A stretch of DNA of 60,323 nt, counting the filler. It is 5 parts of 5 records of this genome, joined end to end, with 100 filler letters (N's around TTAATTAATTAA, not from the genome) between each part and the next. Parts side by side here need not be neighbours in the genome. Positions count along the whole stretch, not along the records: positions 1 to 27,122 come from DRR723986_28219; 4 more parts are not named here. One strand, written 5' to 3'. This document shows positions 1 through 10,861 of this stretch, piece by piece. A program made the translations under genes and the position numbers. A model generated the notes under the pieces. The model was given only the letters and a program-made list of their open reading frames with translations. It did no database searches and was not told the origin of the DNA. Each line of letters begins with the position of its first letter. The first letter of the stretch is position 1.

Positions 1-681
1 AAATACTCCAATATCAAAATATCGCTTAAATTCTTCAATGGCTGAATAATCATGTGAATGGTATATTTTGGAATGCGAAAGGTATGCCAATTTCCATCCA
101 TTCAATAACATTTTCCCCGCAATCAATACATCTTCGCCTAAAATGGATCCTATTGGGAATCCATTGACTTCAAAAAAAGCTGTCTTACGATATGCAGCGA
201 AGGAATTGGAGCAAGAGATAGTCCTAATTCCATAGTGATCAGCATCTTCCAAACTTCTAACCTTGGATTCAGAGGGATAATTAAACAGGCGTGCGTGGGT
301 CTCTAAAACCTTGGCATTCTTATGTGGAAGCTGCCTACCATAGACCAACCCTAGTTCCTGATTCTCTGTAAAAGAATGAACCATCGATGAAATGGCATCT
401 GGCTCTGCTAGAATTGCATCTTGCGTAAGAAATACAAAAATATCTGCATCGGGAAATGTCTCGGCAGCCATTTGGCGGGTACCTCCATGGTCAAAGTCCT
501 TTTTGTCAATTTGAATTAAATCGCAAGTTTCCTCATTGATCAAATCCAAAGTACCATCTGTACTACCCGAATCGATGATTACCAATCTTGAAATAGGATA
601 GTTTTGCATTGCCACACCAGCAAGTACCTCTTTCCACATCGGGCCGGCATTCAGTGTAGGAATAAAAAGATTGACTTTCAT
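1..681 (-). CDS. GT2 glycosyltransferase, rhamnosyltransferase-like (3'-partial, runs off the window; not in the ORF track)
   Basis: Translated by hand from ATG at 681: MKVNLFIPTLNAG...IIDSGSTDGT...FDHGGTRQ...FLTQDA...YGRQLP...GED...YHSHDY, motifs typical of RfbN/WbaN-type GT2. Confidence 0.85.
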   Translation of the reverse strand, partial: MKVNLFIPTLNAGPMWKEVLAGVAMQNYPISRLVIIDSGSTDGTLDLINEETCDLIQIDKKDFDHGGTRQMAAETFPDADIFVFLTQDAILAEPDAISSMVHSFTENQELGLVYGRQLPHKNAKVLETHARLFNYPSESKVRSLEDADHYGIRTISCSNSFAAYRKTAFFEVNGFPIGSILGEDVLIAGKMLLNGWKLAYLSHSKIYHSHDYSAIEEFKRYFDIGVF

Positions 682-684
682 AGT

Positions 685-2385
685 TTAAAAATAAATTTCT
701 GATACGTCTACTTCACCGTAATTAGCACTACCCGAAATGATTTTTTCCTTTCCGATCGACGCCTTTCCTTTTCCCACGAGAAGTACGGTTTCTGTATTTT
801 CAATTCCTCTATACTCATTGCCTTCCAAAGTCAGTTGATTAGGATAATGACTTCGAAATGCCTGATTTTCCGCGCCTCCTAGGATTGATGTGATTTTGTT
901 GTTTTTCACGACTAATTCCTTGGAGCTGTCGTCAAAAATAGCGGTGTTATACGATTTGATCTGATTGCCGATGAGCTGTACATTTTTAGCGGTTTTCCTG
1001 AGAATGATCGCTGATGCATTTTGACTGACAATTTCATTATTTTCAATTATTGCCCCATCAGCCTGCGTAATTAAAATAGCTGGGTTATTCGATTTATTCT
1101 CAATCTTATTGTCTTTCAATTCAACTTCCCCTTTCAAGTTTAGATTGAAGTTTGCATGTGAAAAGCTGTTGTTTTCTATGAAGAACTTATCGACACGAAT
1201 ACCATTTGGAAGGGAAAGAGAACCCAGCTCATTGTCCCGAAGATGAATTTTCTGAGCTTTTGTATTTGCGATCAAATTAATGCTGCTGAATCTATTTTTC
1301 TCTAAAAGCAATTCCTCTAAATCCAGCGTTATTTCAACTTGATTATCTGCCCAGTTTTCTTTCCCCAATATGACTCCACAGCTTTCCACGTATATAGCAG
1401 GTCGGTTATTTCGGTATGCTTCATTTTTATAAATCAACACATTGGATACATTGATCAATGTGACGATTCCAGAGCCATCCGGAGTAGACTCACCCTTCAC
1501 AAAACCATTTCCACACGTGATGTTTTTTGTAATCACACATTCTATATCCTTTGCTTTTTCTTTGGATCGGTTGTTAATGTCAATCGCATCGGAGGCATTT
1601 TCTTCCAAGATATTATAGGAGAAATTGTAATCTTTTTCTTTGCCGGTCTCGCCGAAGGCCACTTGTATACCCGACATTCCATTGTGGCGGATGACATTGT
1701 TGATGACTTCTACTTTGCGGCTACCGTGAATAAATACACCATTCTCACCGTTTTGATAAATCTCAGAATCATGTATGGAAATTGTATTACTGGACAGTAT
1801 TCGAATACCTGTTCCCGGCTGATAGGTGTGAGTTTCGGTCCTAGGCATACCAAAATGATGAATCTTCGAATTGACTATCTCAATACCACTAGACTCAAAA
1901 GTCATAATGCCAGGATACGCTCTTAGCTTTGTTGAATCGCCAATTAGCTCGGTGTTATAAATTCGGATTTGATGGCTTTTTAATAGGTAAATGCCTTCAT
2001 TTTTGGATTCGCCCCTCAAAGAAATACTCACATCACTCACGCCTTGTCCGAGAATCAAGGGATTTGGTGAGTTTTGTTTCTCGATGGAATATTCACCCAC
2101 TTTAACTGAAGGGTGATGTTTTAGAATTCCTTCTGCAAGAATATTCACGCCGGACTTAAGTAGGATGGTGCGAATCCGGTATTCACCTTTAGGGAAAAAG
2201 ATAGTCTCACCTTCTTTTGCCTGATTAATCAGGGTCTGAATTGCCTCTGTCTGGTCTTTTTCGGAATCAGCCAATATACCAAAGTCAAGAGCATTGGCGT
2301 ACCCTCCAACTTGCAAAGAATCCGATTGGCAGATTCCTGTTAATGGTGAAATAAAAAGCAGAAATAATGAAAGGTAGTTAAGCAT
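685..2385 (-). CDS. Secreted right-handed parallel beta-helix protein (pectate-lyase superfamily)
   Basis: Signal-peptide-like MLNYLSLFLL... (start 2385 preferred over 2415); NALDFG..D..DQTEAIQ..IFFPKGEY N-terminal motif; many Asn/Ile-rich PbH1-like repeats. Confidence 0.75.
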   Translation of the reverse strand: MLNYLSLFLLFISPLTGICQSDSLQVGGYANALDFGILADSEKDQTEAIQTLINQAKEGETIFFPKGEYRIRTILLKSGVNILAEGILKHHPSVKVGEYSIEKQNSPNPLILGQGVSDVSISLRGESKNEGIYLLKSHQIRIYNTELIGDSTKLRAYPGIMTFESSGIEIVNSKIHHFGMPRTETHTYQPGTGIRILSSNTISIHDSEIYQNGENGVFIHGSRKVEVINNVIRHNGMSGIQVAFGETGKEKDYNFSYNILEENASDAIDINNRSKEKAKDIECVITKNITCGNGFVKGESTPDGSGIVTLINVSNVLIYKNEAYRNNRPAIYVESCGVILGKENWADNQVEITLDLEELLLEKNRFSSINLIANTKAQKIHLRDNELGSLSLPNGIRVDKFFIENNSFSHANFNLNLKGEVELKDNKIENKSNNPAILITQADGAIIENNEIVSQNASAIILRKTAKNVQLIGNQIKSYNTAIFDDSSKELVVKNNKITSILGGAENQAFRSHYPNQLTLEGNEYRGIENTETVLLVGKGKASIGKEKIISGSANYGEVDVSEIYF

Positions 2386-2393
2386 GGTTTGAT

Positions 2394-3386
2394 TTAGGAA
2401 AGAATAGTGTCCCAAGTGGCTTTGGCAGTTTTTTCCCAGCTAAACTCCGGCGCCCGTTTCAATCCATTTACAACACATTCTACATAGAAATTCTCATCGT
2501 TGACCAATTTTTCTATGCCTTTTTGTATCGCAGAAACATCTTCAGGATCTACACAAAGTGCAGCTCCGCCAGCGACCTCAGGAAGGGAGCTAGTGTTTGA
2601 AGTCAAAACAGGAGTGCCCGACGCCATGGATTCAATGATAGGTAAGCCAAAGCCTTCCATTAGCGAAACAAATAAGGTAGCATGTGCGCCTTTGTATAGT
2701 TTCGGTAAGTCTTCTTCCTCTATAAAACCCAAAAACCGAACCCTTTTTTGGATACCGAGACTGTTGATCAATGCCTCGAGCTCCGGATCCTCGTTACCAG
2801 AAAGAAAAAACATAAAGTCGTTCGGGATCCTTGCCTTTGCAAAAGCAGTTAGCATGGCCGGTACATTTTTGTTTTTGCGCCGGTTTCCCACATATAAAAA
2901 ATAGGGGCGGGCGCTTTCGTATTCCTCTTCATTTTGCAGAAAGTGGTTATCCACTCCATTATAAATCACTTGAATCAAGCTTTCGGGAATTCCAAGAATT
3001 TCTACCAGCTGCTTTTTGCTGAAATGAGAAACAGTAATGATTTTCTTAGCTTTTGGCGCCAGCCTAGCTATCACCTGCTCGTAATAAATCTTGTGCAGCT
3101 TTGAATAGTAAAATAAATGCATCAAATCATGCACGGTGAAAATAAATGGCGTTTTCGAGAAAGCAGGAGGCATAAAGGACGGACTGTAGAAAACATCAGC
3201 ATTTGATTTCTTTATTTCCTCACCTAGCATCAAAGGGGAAAGTAGACTCCCCAGGCCCATTTTGCTCTTTACAAATTCACAGTTGGCTTCCACTGGAGCA
3301 TGCTTCATTACCTCGTGATAAAGTCTCCCGATGCCAGTATTTCCCGCCCAGCGACTATCAATCAATATCTTTTGTTGTCGATTCAT
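2394..3386 (-). CDS. GT4 glycosyltransferase (mannosyltransferase-like)
   Basis: TVHDL, KNVP and EGFGLPIIESMASGTPV GT-B motifs. Confidence 0.9.
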   Translation of the reverse strand: MNRQQKILIDSRWAGNTGIGRLYHEVMKHAPVEANCEFVKSKMGLGSLLSPLMLGEEIKKSNADVFYSPSFMPPAFSKTPFIFTVHDLMHLFYYSKLHKIYYEQVIARLAPKAKKIITVSHFSKKQLVEILGIPESLIQVIYNGVDNHFLQNEEEYESARPYFLYVGNRRKNKNVPAMLTAFAKARIPNDFMFFLSGNEDPELEALINSLGIQKRVRFLGFIEEEDLPKLYKGAHATLFVSLMEGFGLPIIESMASGTPVLTSNTSSLPEVAGGAALCVDPEDVSAIQKGIEKLVNDENFYVECVVNGLKRAPEFSWEKTAKATWDTILS

Positions 3387-4600
3387 AGGCTTATTTGGAC
3401 TTTTTTGAAATTGATTTCCTTGAAGGAGCCGATGAGAAATATTAGGCAGAAGTACATCACCAGGTCGTTGTCATAGCCGGAATACAAAATCATCATAATG
3501 GCTAGAACAGGTAGAAAAAGAGCAACCCACAGTTTAGAATTGTCCATTTTGCGCCAGCACTCCCGTATAAACCAGAATATAAAGGCGGAGAAGGAAATAA
3601 ACCCAACCACACCTAACTCCAGATATGCGGACATAAATGTATTGTGAATGTGAGGTTCACCTCTGTAAAATTCCGCATTTTCTCCAAGGAATTCTGGAGC
3701 GCTTAGAAATCCATTTCCAAAGGGTGAGATAGAGTTAAAATTCTGGATGAAGGCCTTCCAATAGACTAACCGGATGCCCATGCCGTCATTGGATGAGGTC
3801 AAAGAATCTATTCGGATTACTTTCTGAAGTACAAAAGGAAGGGCAAATGCCACTAAAACGAGCATAGCGATTTTCCATTTTTTTCCTATGGAAATCCAAA
3901 TAAGAAAGAAAACTCCAAAAATTAGAGCAACTATAGGCGTGCGGGAAAGGCTTAGAAAGGCAACTAGGAATACAAAAAGGATTCTCCAGGCCGACAGCTT
4001 ATTTTTCAAAACCACTGGAATACAGATAAATGCAAATCCTATAAGGGCGATGCGCGCACCGAACATGTTTTTATCGTCCAATCCCCAATAATATAGCGAG
4101 TCTCGATAAAGGGTGCTCGCTTGTCCAGATGATTCACTCCCGGTGATTAATTTGAAATCGTATGTCTGATGATAAATGAGAAGTTGCACAAGTGATAGTG
4201 CTAAAACAGCCAGCAAAACTGTATCTAACCTTTTTATTATTGATTCATTGTCTTGAGAGCTCAGCCAATTGATAGCAAAAAAGAGGAAAGAGAAATTGAT
4301 CAGTAGCTTTATAATATTGGTAAAAGCTAGTGGCTGCCCTGGATAAGTTATCAAATAGCTGATTACTGCGTAGGAGCTTAAAACGGCCAGAGCGATTGAC
4401 CAATTTTGGAATTTAATCTGAGGCGTTTCTCTGTAAAAAAAGAAGCAACTCACCAGAAAAAATACCGGGTAAACTTTTACCGGAAGGAACATGGAGATCA
4501 GCGATAGCAAAAAAAGGGTTTCCGCAATGGAAATTGCTTTCCAAGGATGTCCTTCAAAGGTCGAAGTCTGATTTTTCAATGTAATTTCCGGTGTGCTCAT
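3383..4600 (-). CDS. Polysaccharide polymerase / O-antigen ligase family membrane protein (Wzy-like)
   Basis: About 10 hydrophobic segments; SLSRT, R..YW and PHIHNTFMSAYLELG motifs; lies inside a GT cluster with wzx. Confidence 0.75.
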   Translation of the reverse strand: MSTPEITLKNQTSTFEGHPWKAISIAETLFLLSLISMFLPVKVYPVFFLVSCFFFYRETPQIKFQNWSIALAVLSSYAVISYLITYPGQPLAFTNIIKLLINFSFLFFAINWLSSQDNESIIKRLDTVLLAVLALSLVQLLIYHQTYDFKLITGSESSGQASTLYRDSLYYWGLDDKNMFGARIALIGFAFICIPVVLKNKLSAWRILFVFLVAFLSLSRTPIVALIFGVFFLIWISIGKKWKIAMLVLVAFALPFVLQKVIRIDSLTSSNDGMGIRLVYWKAFIQNFNSISPFGNGFLSAPEFLGENAEFYRGEPHIHNTFMSAYLELGVVGFISFSAFIFWFIRECWRKMDNSKLWVALFLPVLAIMMILYSGYDNDLVMYFCLIFLIGSFKEINFKKVQISL

Positions 4601-5808
4601 TTTGAAAAAACAGTTAGTGGTTTTTTCAATGCTTCTTTCAAAACAGTCTCATATTCCCCGATCAAGCGATCCGCATCCAAAATAGAAGCTACAGATTCCC
4701 GAGCAGCTTGACTAAACTGATTGTAAAGATGTGGCTCAAAATAGATCTGTCGCATCACCGCGCTCAAAGAACCCGGTTCGCTGTCATAACAATAAAGCCC
4801 ATTGATTCCGTCCTTTACCGTTTCCTGAAGTCCTCCTCTTTTGTTTGCGATCACCGGAACATGGTTTGCCAAGGCCTCGATAGCCACCATGCCGAGCGGT
4901 TCTTCCCAGAGTGATGGGACTATCAATACATCGATTTCTGCTAGAAATTCGGTGGAATTCATATAACCTACAAACTCAATATTCGCTCCGGAGGTAATTT
5001 CTTTCAGATGTTTTTCGTATTCCGAGTCCCCTTTTCCAGCAATGCTCAAGTTAGCATCGAAGTCTAAGGTCTTGAATTGTTCGATTAGCCATTCCAATCC
5101 CTTGACTTTAGATAGAGTGCCTAAGTAGCCGTATCGAATTGGTTGCTCAGATTTTCTAGGAGCTTTTGCAGATGGGTTTGGAATTGTTCGTGTGTTGTAA
5201 ATAATGTTTTTGGAAGCACGCGAGAAGTAGCCGAAATCAATAAAACGCTGCAAAATGCTATTGCTGATACCTACTACTGTGGACACTTGGGTTGACTTTT
5301 CAGCGTGATTGCTTCGCAAAAGTTTACAGCTCAAACACTGATTTTCGCAGGTTTGCTCATTCTTGAACATGTTACTATTCGGACAAAGCAAATACAGATC
5401 GTGTAGCACCTGAACGATTGGGATTCCGGCATGGTGTATTGGTTCCCAGACTGCCGCAGACCAACCTGCGAGGTTGTGACAGGAGACAATATCTGGTTTT
5501 TCAGCATCTAGAATCGTTTTTACTACCCTAGCCATTTTTTCGTTGGACTGGTCCTGATAGTGCCAATTAAGCTTTACTAACTTGTTTTTCTTCGTTTTGG
5601 AATAAGGCCAATACCCGTTTTGCAAACCAGCCCTATATACTTTTACTCCATCAACATGCTCCTTTTTCAGACCTGGTTCAGGCATTAGACTCAGGACTAG
5701 GACTTCATGGCCAAGAGATTTCATTCCCTCCACGATCAGCTTTAGGGAAATCTCCGCTCCTCCTTCGATGAGTGGGCTATAGAGAGAGTTGATGTATAGT
5801 ATTTTCAT
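4597..5808 (-). CDS. GT4 glycosyltransferase
   Basis: GGAE, LHDLYLLCP, KG and PSLWEEPLGMVAIEA motifs. Confidence 0.9.
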   Translation of the reverse strand: MKILYINSLYSPLIEGGAEISLKLIVEGMKSLGHEVLVLSLMPEPGLKKEHVDGVKVYRAGLQNGYWPYSKTKKNKLVKLNWHYQDQSNEKMARVVKTILDAEKPDIVSCHNLAGWSAAVWEPIHHAGIPIVQVLHDLYLLCPNSNMFKNEQTCENQCLSCKLLRSNHAEKSTQVSTVVGISNSILQRFIDFGYFSRASKNIIYNTRTIPNPSAKAPRKSEQPIRYGYLGTLSKVKGLEWLIEQFKTLDFDANLSIAGKGDSEYEKHLKEITSGANIEFVGYMNSTEFLAEIDVLIVPSLWEEPLGMVAIEALANHVPVIANKRGGLQETVKDGINGLYCYDSEPGSLSAVMRQIYFEPHLYNQFSQAARESVASILDADRLIGEYETVLKEALKKPLTVFSK

Positions 5809-5835
5809 TGAGTTCGACTAGCTGAAAAAAGTGTT

Positions 5836-6912
5836 TTAATTTAGAAGGCTTTCATATAGCTTGATTAAGCTATCCGTTACGACTTGTTTACTGTTTTTCT
5901 TTAAAACCAAATCTCTCATTCTATGGCCATTTTCGATCAGAGAATTGGGGTTAGTTTGATGAAGTGTTACTGCTTTGAGAATCTGCTTTTCCAGAGCTTT
6001 CAAGTGCTCCGACTCCTGCTCGTAACTATAATCAAAAACATCATCTCCTGCATTCAAGTCAGCAATAGTGCCAATTCTGGGACAGATGACGGTTCTTCCA
6101 TAAGAAAAAGCTAGAATGACAGTTCCGGAGTTAAGGCTACTTTCCAAGGAATAAGGAAGTATCAATAAATCGGATTGATGAATATAGCTTGGTAATTCAG
6201 CGTCCGGAATGAATTTCAATTTCAGAGAAATATTGGGCACTTTCTCTGCCAACTTCTGCAGTTCCACCCGGTAAGCTTCAGAATTTGGATTACCGGCAAT
6301 GGTCAAGTGTACTGAATCTGAAAAACCCTTTACCACTTCGATCAGCAACTCTATATTTTTATAAGGTTTGATTGCACCGATGAAAAGCAGCTTCAACTTT
6401 TCTTTCTTATTCTCAGTACTTTCTGGCAGAATTTGCCCATATACATCGACAAAATCAGGATGCGGAATATGGACGATTTTTGCGTTCAGATTTGGGTATT
6501 GACTTCGCAAAATATCTCTGCTCACCTCAGAATGTATTACAATGGCATCTGCTTGTGAGACGATTTTTCCGGTTAATACCCGACTTAGCTCCCCGGATTT
6601 CTTCTCGTGAGAAAGCCTGTTGTGCATCGTCCAAACCAGCTTTTTCTTACCAAATCTAATTGCTGCTAGCACTACTAATTTTCGGAAATAGCTTTTCCAC
6701 ATACTTGAAGCACTGCTGTCATCCAGATTTTCAAACCAATTCAGATGAAGCAATTTGATGGATTGGAAATGCTTTTTTGAAGAAAGAAAATCATCCAGTC
6801 TGTTCACGTCATACCCATGCTTTTCCAGCCCGTTCACTAGGATAGCGATGTATTGATTTTCCTTGTTTTCGCAGGGATTGAAAATGATTTTGGTATGTGA
6901 ATCCATATCCAT
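5836..6912 (-). CDS. GT4-like glycosyltransferase (GumI-like)
   Basis: HLNW, WTMHN..SHE, IG.IKPYKNI and LNSGTVILAFSYG motifs. Confidence 0.8.
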   Translation of the reverse strand: MDMDSHTKIIFNPCENKENQYIAILVNGLEKHGYDVNRLDDFLSSKKHFQSIKLLHLNWFENLDDSSASSMWKSYFRKLVVLAAIRFGKKKLVWTMHNRLSHEKKSGELSRVLTGKIVSQADAIVIHSEVSRDILRSQYPNLNAKIVHIPHPDFVDVYGQILPESTENKKEKLKLLFIGAIKPYKNIELLIEVVKGFSDSVHLTIAGNPNSEAYRVELQKLAEKVPNISLKLKFIPDAELPSYIHQSDLLILPYSLESSLNSGTVILAFSYGRTVICPRIGTIADLNAGDDVFDYSYEQESEHLKALEKQILKAVTLHQTNPNSLIENGHRMRDLVLKKNSKQVVTDSLIKLYESLLN

Positions 6913-7856
6913 TAAGAGCGGTTTGAATTCATGCTTTTTGCAAGAGCAACTCCTATATCCTTGATCGACAAGCCGAATTTGTCTCGTGCATTCATCCAGG
7001 TTTTGGCTTTTTCGAATGGATTACTACGCATGGAAAGCATCATTGTGTACAATTTCTTGTCATGCATGTATTTGTCCTTTTCCTTCAGTAAATGCTGATA
7101 AATCACTTTTTCTGAGGGATGTGGAGGATTATCTTTCATGAATTCGCTAAGCCACTCTGAATAATCCACGTCCGCCATCATCTTGTGCAGGTCATTCCCT
7201 GTGGAAGTGATGGAAAGTCGGTTGCTTCTGTATTCAAAAACAGGTTTGTTCGAGTGAGCAATTCCTTTTTCTGCAGATGCGAGGAAGGCGGTGATATCAT
7301 CCGAACCCCAGGCGAGTGGAAGTTTGTAAAAACCGCCTTGGGATTTTAGCGTGGAAGAATTATATAGATAATCTGAAATGTAATTTGAGCGCAACTGGCG
7401 CAAGCGATGCCATATCGAGTCATAGACATATTCGAAAGCCGGAAGGGCTGGTGTCAGCACTACGTCATTTCCATCATCATCGATGATCTTGCTTCGACAA
7501 TGGTACACGTTTAAGTTTGGATACTGTGAAATCAACTTTTCAAACTCAGCCAAATAATCTGCCGCTAAACGGTCATCATCCCCCATTATGACGATATATT
7601 CCCCAGTGGCAAGGGCTAGGCATTTATTCCAATTGTCCACCAAATCATAAGCACCAACATTCTTTTCGTTCTTGAAATAGCGGATTCTAGGATCCTTATT
7701 TTTCAGTGAAATTTCTTCTACTGGCTCCGGTGAGCAATCATTTAAAATGATCAGTTCGAAGTCCTCAACAGTCTGCGCAAGTATGCTGTCAATGCATTCT
7801 TGCAGGTATTTGCTCTTGTAAGCAGGAATACAAATCGAAAATTTATTCTTGCTCAT
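6912..7856 (-). CDS. GT2 glycosyltransferase
   Basis: SICIPAY, LNDCSPE and MGDDD (DxD) motifs. Confidence 0.9.
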   Translation of the reverse strand: MSKNKFSICIPAYKSKYLQECIDSILAQTVEDFELIILNDCSPEPVEEISLKNKDPRIRYFKNEKNVGAYDLVDNWNKCLALATGEYIVIMGDDDRLAADYLAEFEKLISQYPNLNVYHCRSKIIDDDGNDVVLTPALPAFEYVYDSIWHRLRQLRSNYISDYLYNSSTLKSQGGFYKLPLAWGSDDITAFLASAEKGIAHSNKPVFEYRSNRLSITSTGNDLHKMMADVDYSEWLSEFMKDNPPHPSEKVIYQHLLKEKDKYMHDKKLYTMMLSMRSNPFEKAKTWMNARDKFGLSIKDIGVALAKSMNSNRS

Positions 7857-9390
7857 TGGATACTTTTCTTTTCAAAAGTTTGGTGCGGAGAAATTCAATA
7901 TCCGCTGATTTGATGATAAACAGAAAATGGAATGCGGCAAAAATCGTAGTGAAAATGGCTGATCTGATGATCATTCCCAGAATTCCTGCCGGCATCTCTA
8001 TCCATTTCTCCAATCCAAAGGCAACTGCAAATGCGATCACAGCTCCTAGGACCGAAGGGGAAAAAGCACTGAGAAATATTTTCTTACTATCTAGCTTTAG
8101 CACTTTAGGAATATAATAAATATAGAAGAAACCGATCTGTATTAGCATGTAAGCTAAGTAACCGATTACTGCTGCGCCGACATTCAGTGTGGGTGCGAGG
8201 ATAATGGTAATCGGCAAAGAAAGTATGCAGGCAGTTGCGGAAGAGTAAATAAGGAAGCGGGTTTTACCTGAAGATAGGACCAGACTCGCCACCGGAGTAT
8301 TGTGCATATTGAGCAGCACAGTGAGTAACCAAATGTTCAGCCATACCGCCAAATGGAGGTAATCTTTCCCCATATAGAGGAGAAGAATAGCTTCAGAATT
8401 CAGCACAAGGAGAAAAACAATAAAACTTAGAAAAATTGAAATAAAGCGAGTGGCTGTAAAGACCATTTTCTCCATTTTAGGATGATTTCCCTCTTGGTAG
8501 ACTTTGGAAGCCGAAGGTAGAAGCACCTGCAAGAAAATTGTTCCAAAGGAAATGATGAGCATCGCAATCGTCTGAATTACACGATAATCTGTCAACACAT
8601 CGATGCCCGAGGCAAATTTGGCTAGCAAAATAGGTCGAAGTTCATTTGCAGTGAGTTGGAATAAACCCATCAAAAAGATCGCGGAACTGTAGCCAATAAT
8701 CTCCCTGAAAATTTTTCCATCCCATTTCGGAGTAAGTAATTGTCCTAAGGGAATTGGGAAAACTCTCAGTTTTAAAATATTAAGCGGAATCGGGACAAGG
8801 GTAGAAATGGTATAGAACAGAAAATACACCGGCAGCGACCATTTGAACTGTATGGCTGCGATAGCCACAAGGAAATTCAAAATACTACTGACTACTGTCA
8901 CCCGATTCACATATCCCAGCTCATCCTTCGCACTGAGCAGCTGAATGATCACATTCGAAAGCCAGTTTAAAACTGTACTTGCCGAAAGTATGTACATCAT
9001 AATCCGGTAAGTCGGAATTTGATCAGGTTTGAGGTTGAAGAAAAACTGGCCGTAATTGGCCATAAACATGAAAATCAGGGCATTAATGAGGCCAATGGTT
9101 CCATAGAAAATAATGCTGGAGCGTGATGCTTTCCCAATATTTTCCCAGTCGGATTTCGCTTCCCACATGGAGAAAAAACGGACTGATCCCACATTCATCC
9201 CCAAATCCATTAATCTTAGATAAGCATTGAGCGAGAAAGCCAAGGCAATCAATCCGTAGTCGGCTTTGCCATAATAGCCCACCAACAGAGGGATGGTCAC
9301 GAACTTGGCAGCGGCATCGAGAATTTTGGCTAAAATCCCCCAGACTGAACCTGAAAAAATACGATGGACTGCAACTGGTTTGGAGCTCAA
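7843..9390 (-). CDS. wzx: Wzx-type oligosaccharide flippase
   Basis: About 12-14 TM segments, YG..DYG and MDLG motifs; first gene of the GT cluster. Confidence 0.8.
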   Translation of the reverse strand: MSSKPVAVHRIFSGSVWGILAKILDAAAKFVTIPLLVGYYGKADYGLIALAFSLNAYLRLMDLGMNVGSVRFFSMWEAKSDWENIGKASRSSIIFYGTIGLINALIFMFMANYGQFFFNLKPDQIPTYRIMMYILSASTVLNWLSNVIIQLLSAKDELGYVNRVTVVSSILNFLVAIAAIQFKWSLPVYFLFYTISTLVPIPLNILKLRVFPIPLGQLLTPKWDGKIFREIIGYSSAIFLMGLFQLTANELRPILLAKFASGIDVLTDYRVIQTIAMLIISFGTIFLQVLLPSASKVYQEGNHPKMEKMVFTATRFISIFLSFIVFLLVLNSEAILLLYMGKDYLHLAVWLNIWLLTVLLNMHNTPVASLVLSSGKTRFLIYSSATACILSLPITIILAPTLNVGAAVIGYLAYMLIQIGFFYIYYIPKVLKLDSKKIFLSAFSPSVLGAVIAFAVAFGLEKWIEMPAGILGMIIRSAIFTTIFAAFHFLFIIKSADIEFLRTKLLKRKVSNEQE

Positions 9391-9575
9391 AATAGTCTTT
9401 TAATGATTTTGTACTGAATTTACGTCCATCTTACCAAAAATAGTTCCTCAGCTTAATTTCTCTGGATTTAAAATCAAGTATCTTTTTTGCAAGTAGTTCG
9501 TCGAACTTCTTCAAGAGACCTTGGGCAGATGAAAAATTCAATGCGCCGAAGCGCTCAAGGTTCAGTTTTATCGGC

Positions 9576-9603
9576 TGTGGACTATGGTCTATGGACAATT
9601 GAC
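9576..9603 (+). repeat. Degenerate 7-bp tandem repeat
   Basis: TGTGGAC TATGGTC TATGGAC AATTGAC. Confidence 0.55.
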
Positions 9604-9607
9604 TAAA

Positions 9608-10810
9608 ATGAAAAACATGACAAAAGTCTTAATTATAGGTGCCTTCGACCGCTACAACTATGGGGATTTGCTTTTCCCTTTGGTGATCGAGCGGCAATTG
9701 AGCTCATATGGCAAGGATTTCGAATTTGAATATTTTGGTTTGGTGGAGAGTGATCTTTCCAATGTGGGAGGATTGCCTACTAAAGGGCTACAGGAATTTT
9801 ATAAGAAATGTAGTGATCCTTCCAATCCGGTTCACGTGATTATCGCAGGTGGCGAGGCATTGGGCGTGACGTGGAATTCCCTGTTTGCAGCGCTTAATCC
9901 TTTATTTCAGCGCATCAATAAAAGACATGTGCGAGTCAATAAATTGTTGGATTTAAATGCCTGGACCAAAAAAATTCTGAAGGGAAAGACTACGCTTCCT
10001 TTTGTTTTTGATAAATCTGATTTTGCTGGAGTGCAGTCGGTGACCTTGAATTCTTTGGGCGGATCTGGTTTAAGTGCCGCTACCTTTGAAAAGTATGATT
10101 TCTTAAAAGAGAAATTGCAGAATGCAGATTATTTCGCTGTGCGAGATCAATTAACGGTAGATAACTTGAAGAAAAACGGTCTGAGTGCTAATCTTTTTCC
10201 AGATTCTGCGATTTTGATGTCTGAGTTTTATCCTTTGAATTTTCTCCATAAGAATGTGACTCAGAACGTCGCTGGGTATGTGGCAGAGCACTCTGGAAAG
10301 TATGTTTTTGCTCAAATAAATAAGAAAACTACCAGAGGGCATGAACAGACTATCGCGGATGGTTTGGATGAGATTTATCAAAAAGGGAATACTGAAATCT
10401 GCCTATGTCCAATAGGAAAAGCTTTGGATCATGACGATCATGAGGCGTTGCAGGAGATAGGGGCACTTTTGAAAAGCCCATACACTTATTTTGATGCGGA
10501 TAATATCTGGGACATTATGTACCTGATCGCAAACTCAAAGTGTTATGTTGGTACGAGTTTGCATGGGGCGATTACGGCGTTGAGCTATGCTGTACCGCAT
10601 GTAGGCTTAAAAGTAGAAAAGCTAGGTGCATATTTGGCAACCTGGGGTTTGAAGGGGAATCAGCGCTCCGTAGAATTTTCGGAGATTTATGAGCAATTCA
10701 AAGTGGCGACAAATGCCACTAAGGAAGAACTGGAAGCATCAAGAGCTCTTCAACTCGCAGAGATCAAAAAGGGTTTTGATAAGATGGTGAAGGTATTGGA
10801 GTCAAATTAA
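9608..10810 (+). CDS. Polysaccharide pyruvyl transferase family protein
   Basis: RYNYGDLL, AVRD, PDSA and GTSLHGAI motifs; start is probably 9608 or 9617 because 9584 lies in a heptamer repeat. Confidence 0.8.
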   Translation: MKNMTKVLIIGAFDRYNYGDLLFPLVIERQLSSYGKDFEFEYFGLVESDLSNVGGLPTKGLQEFYKKCSDPSNPVHVIIAGGEALGVTWNSLFAALNPLFQRINKRHVRVNKLLDLNAWTKKILKGKTTLPFVFDKSDFAGVQSVTLNSLGGSGLSAATFEKYDFLKEKLQNADYFAVRDQLTVDNLKKNGLSANLFPDSAILMSEFYPLNFLHKNVTQNVAGYVAEHSGKYVFAQINKKTTRGHEQTIADGLDEIYQKGNTEICLCPIGKALDHDDHEALQEIGALLKSPYTYFDADNIWDIMYLIANSKCYVGTSLHGAITALSYAVPHVGLKVEKLGAYLATWGLKGNQRSVEFSEIYEQFKVATNATKEELEASRALQLAEIKKGFDKMVKVLESN

Positions 10811-10861
10811 GAGCGTTTATACAGATTTTAGATGATTTCAAACTAAATGTTGTCCGTGATT

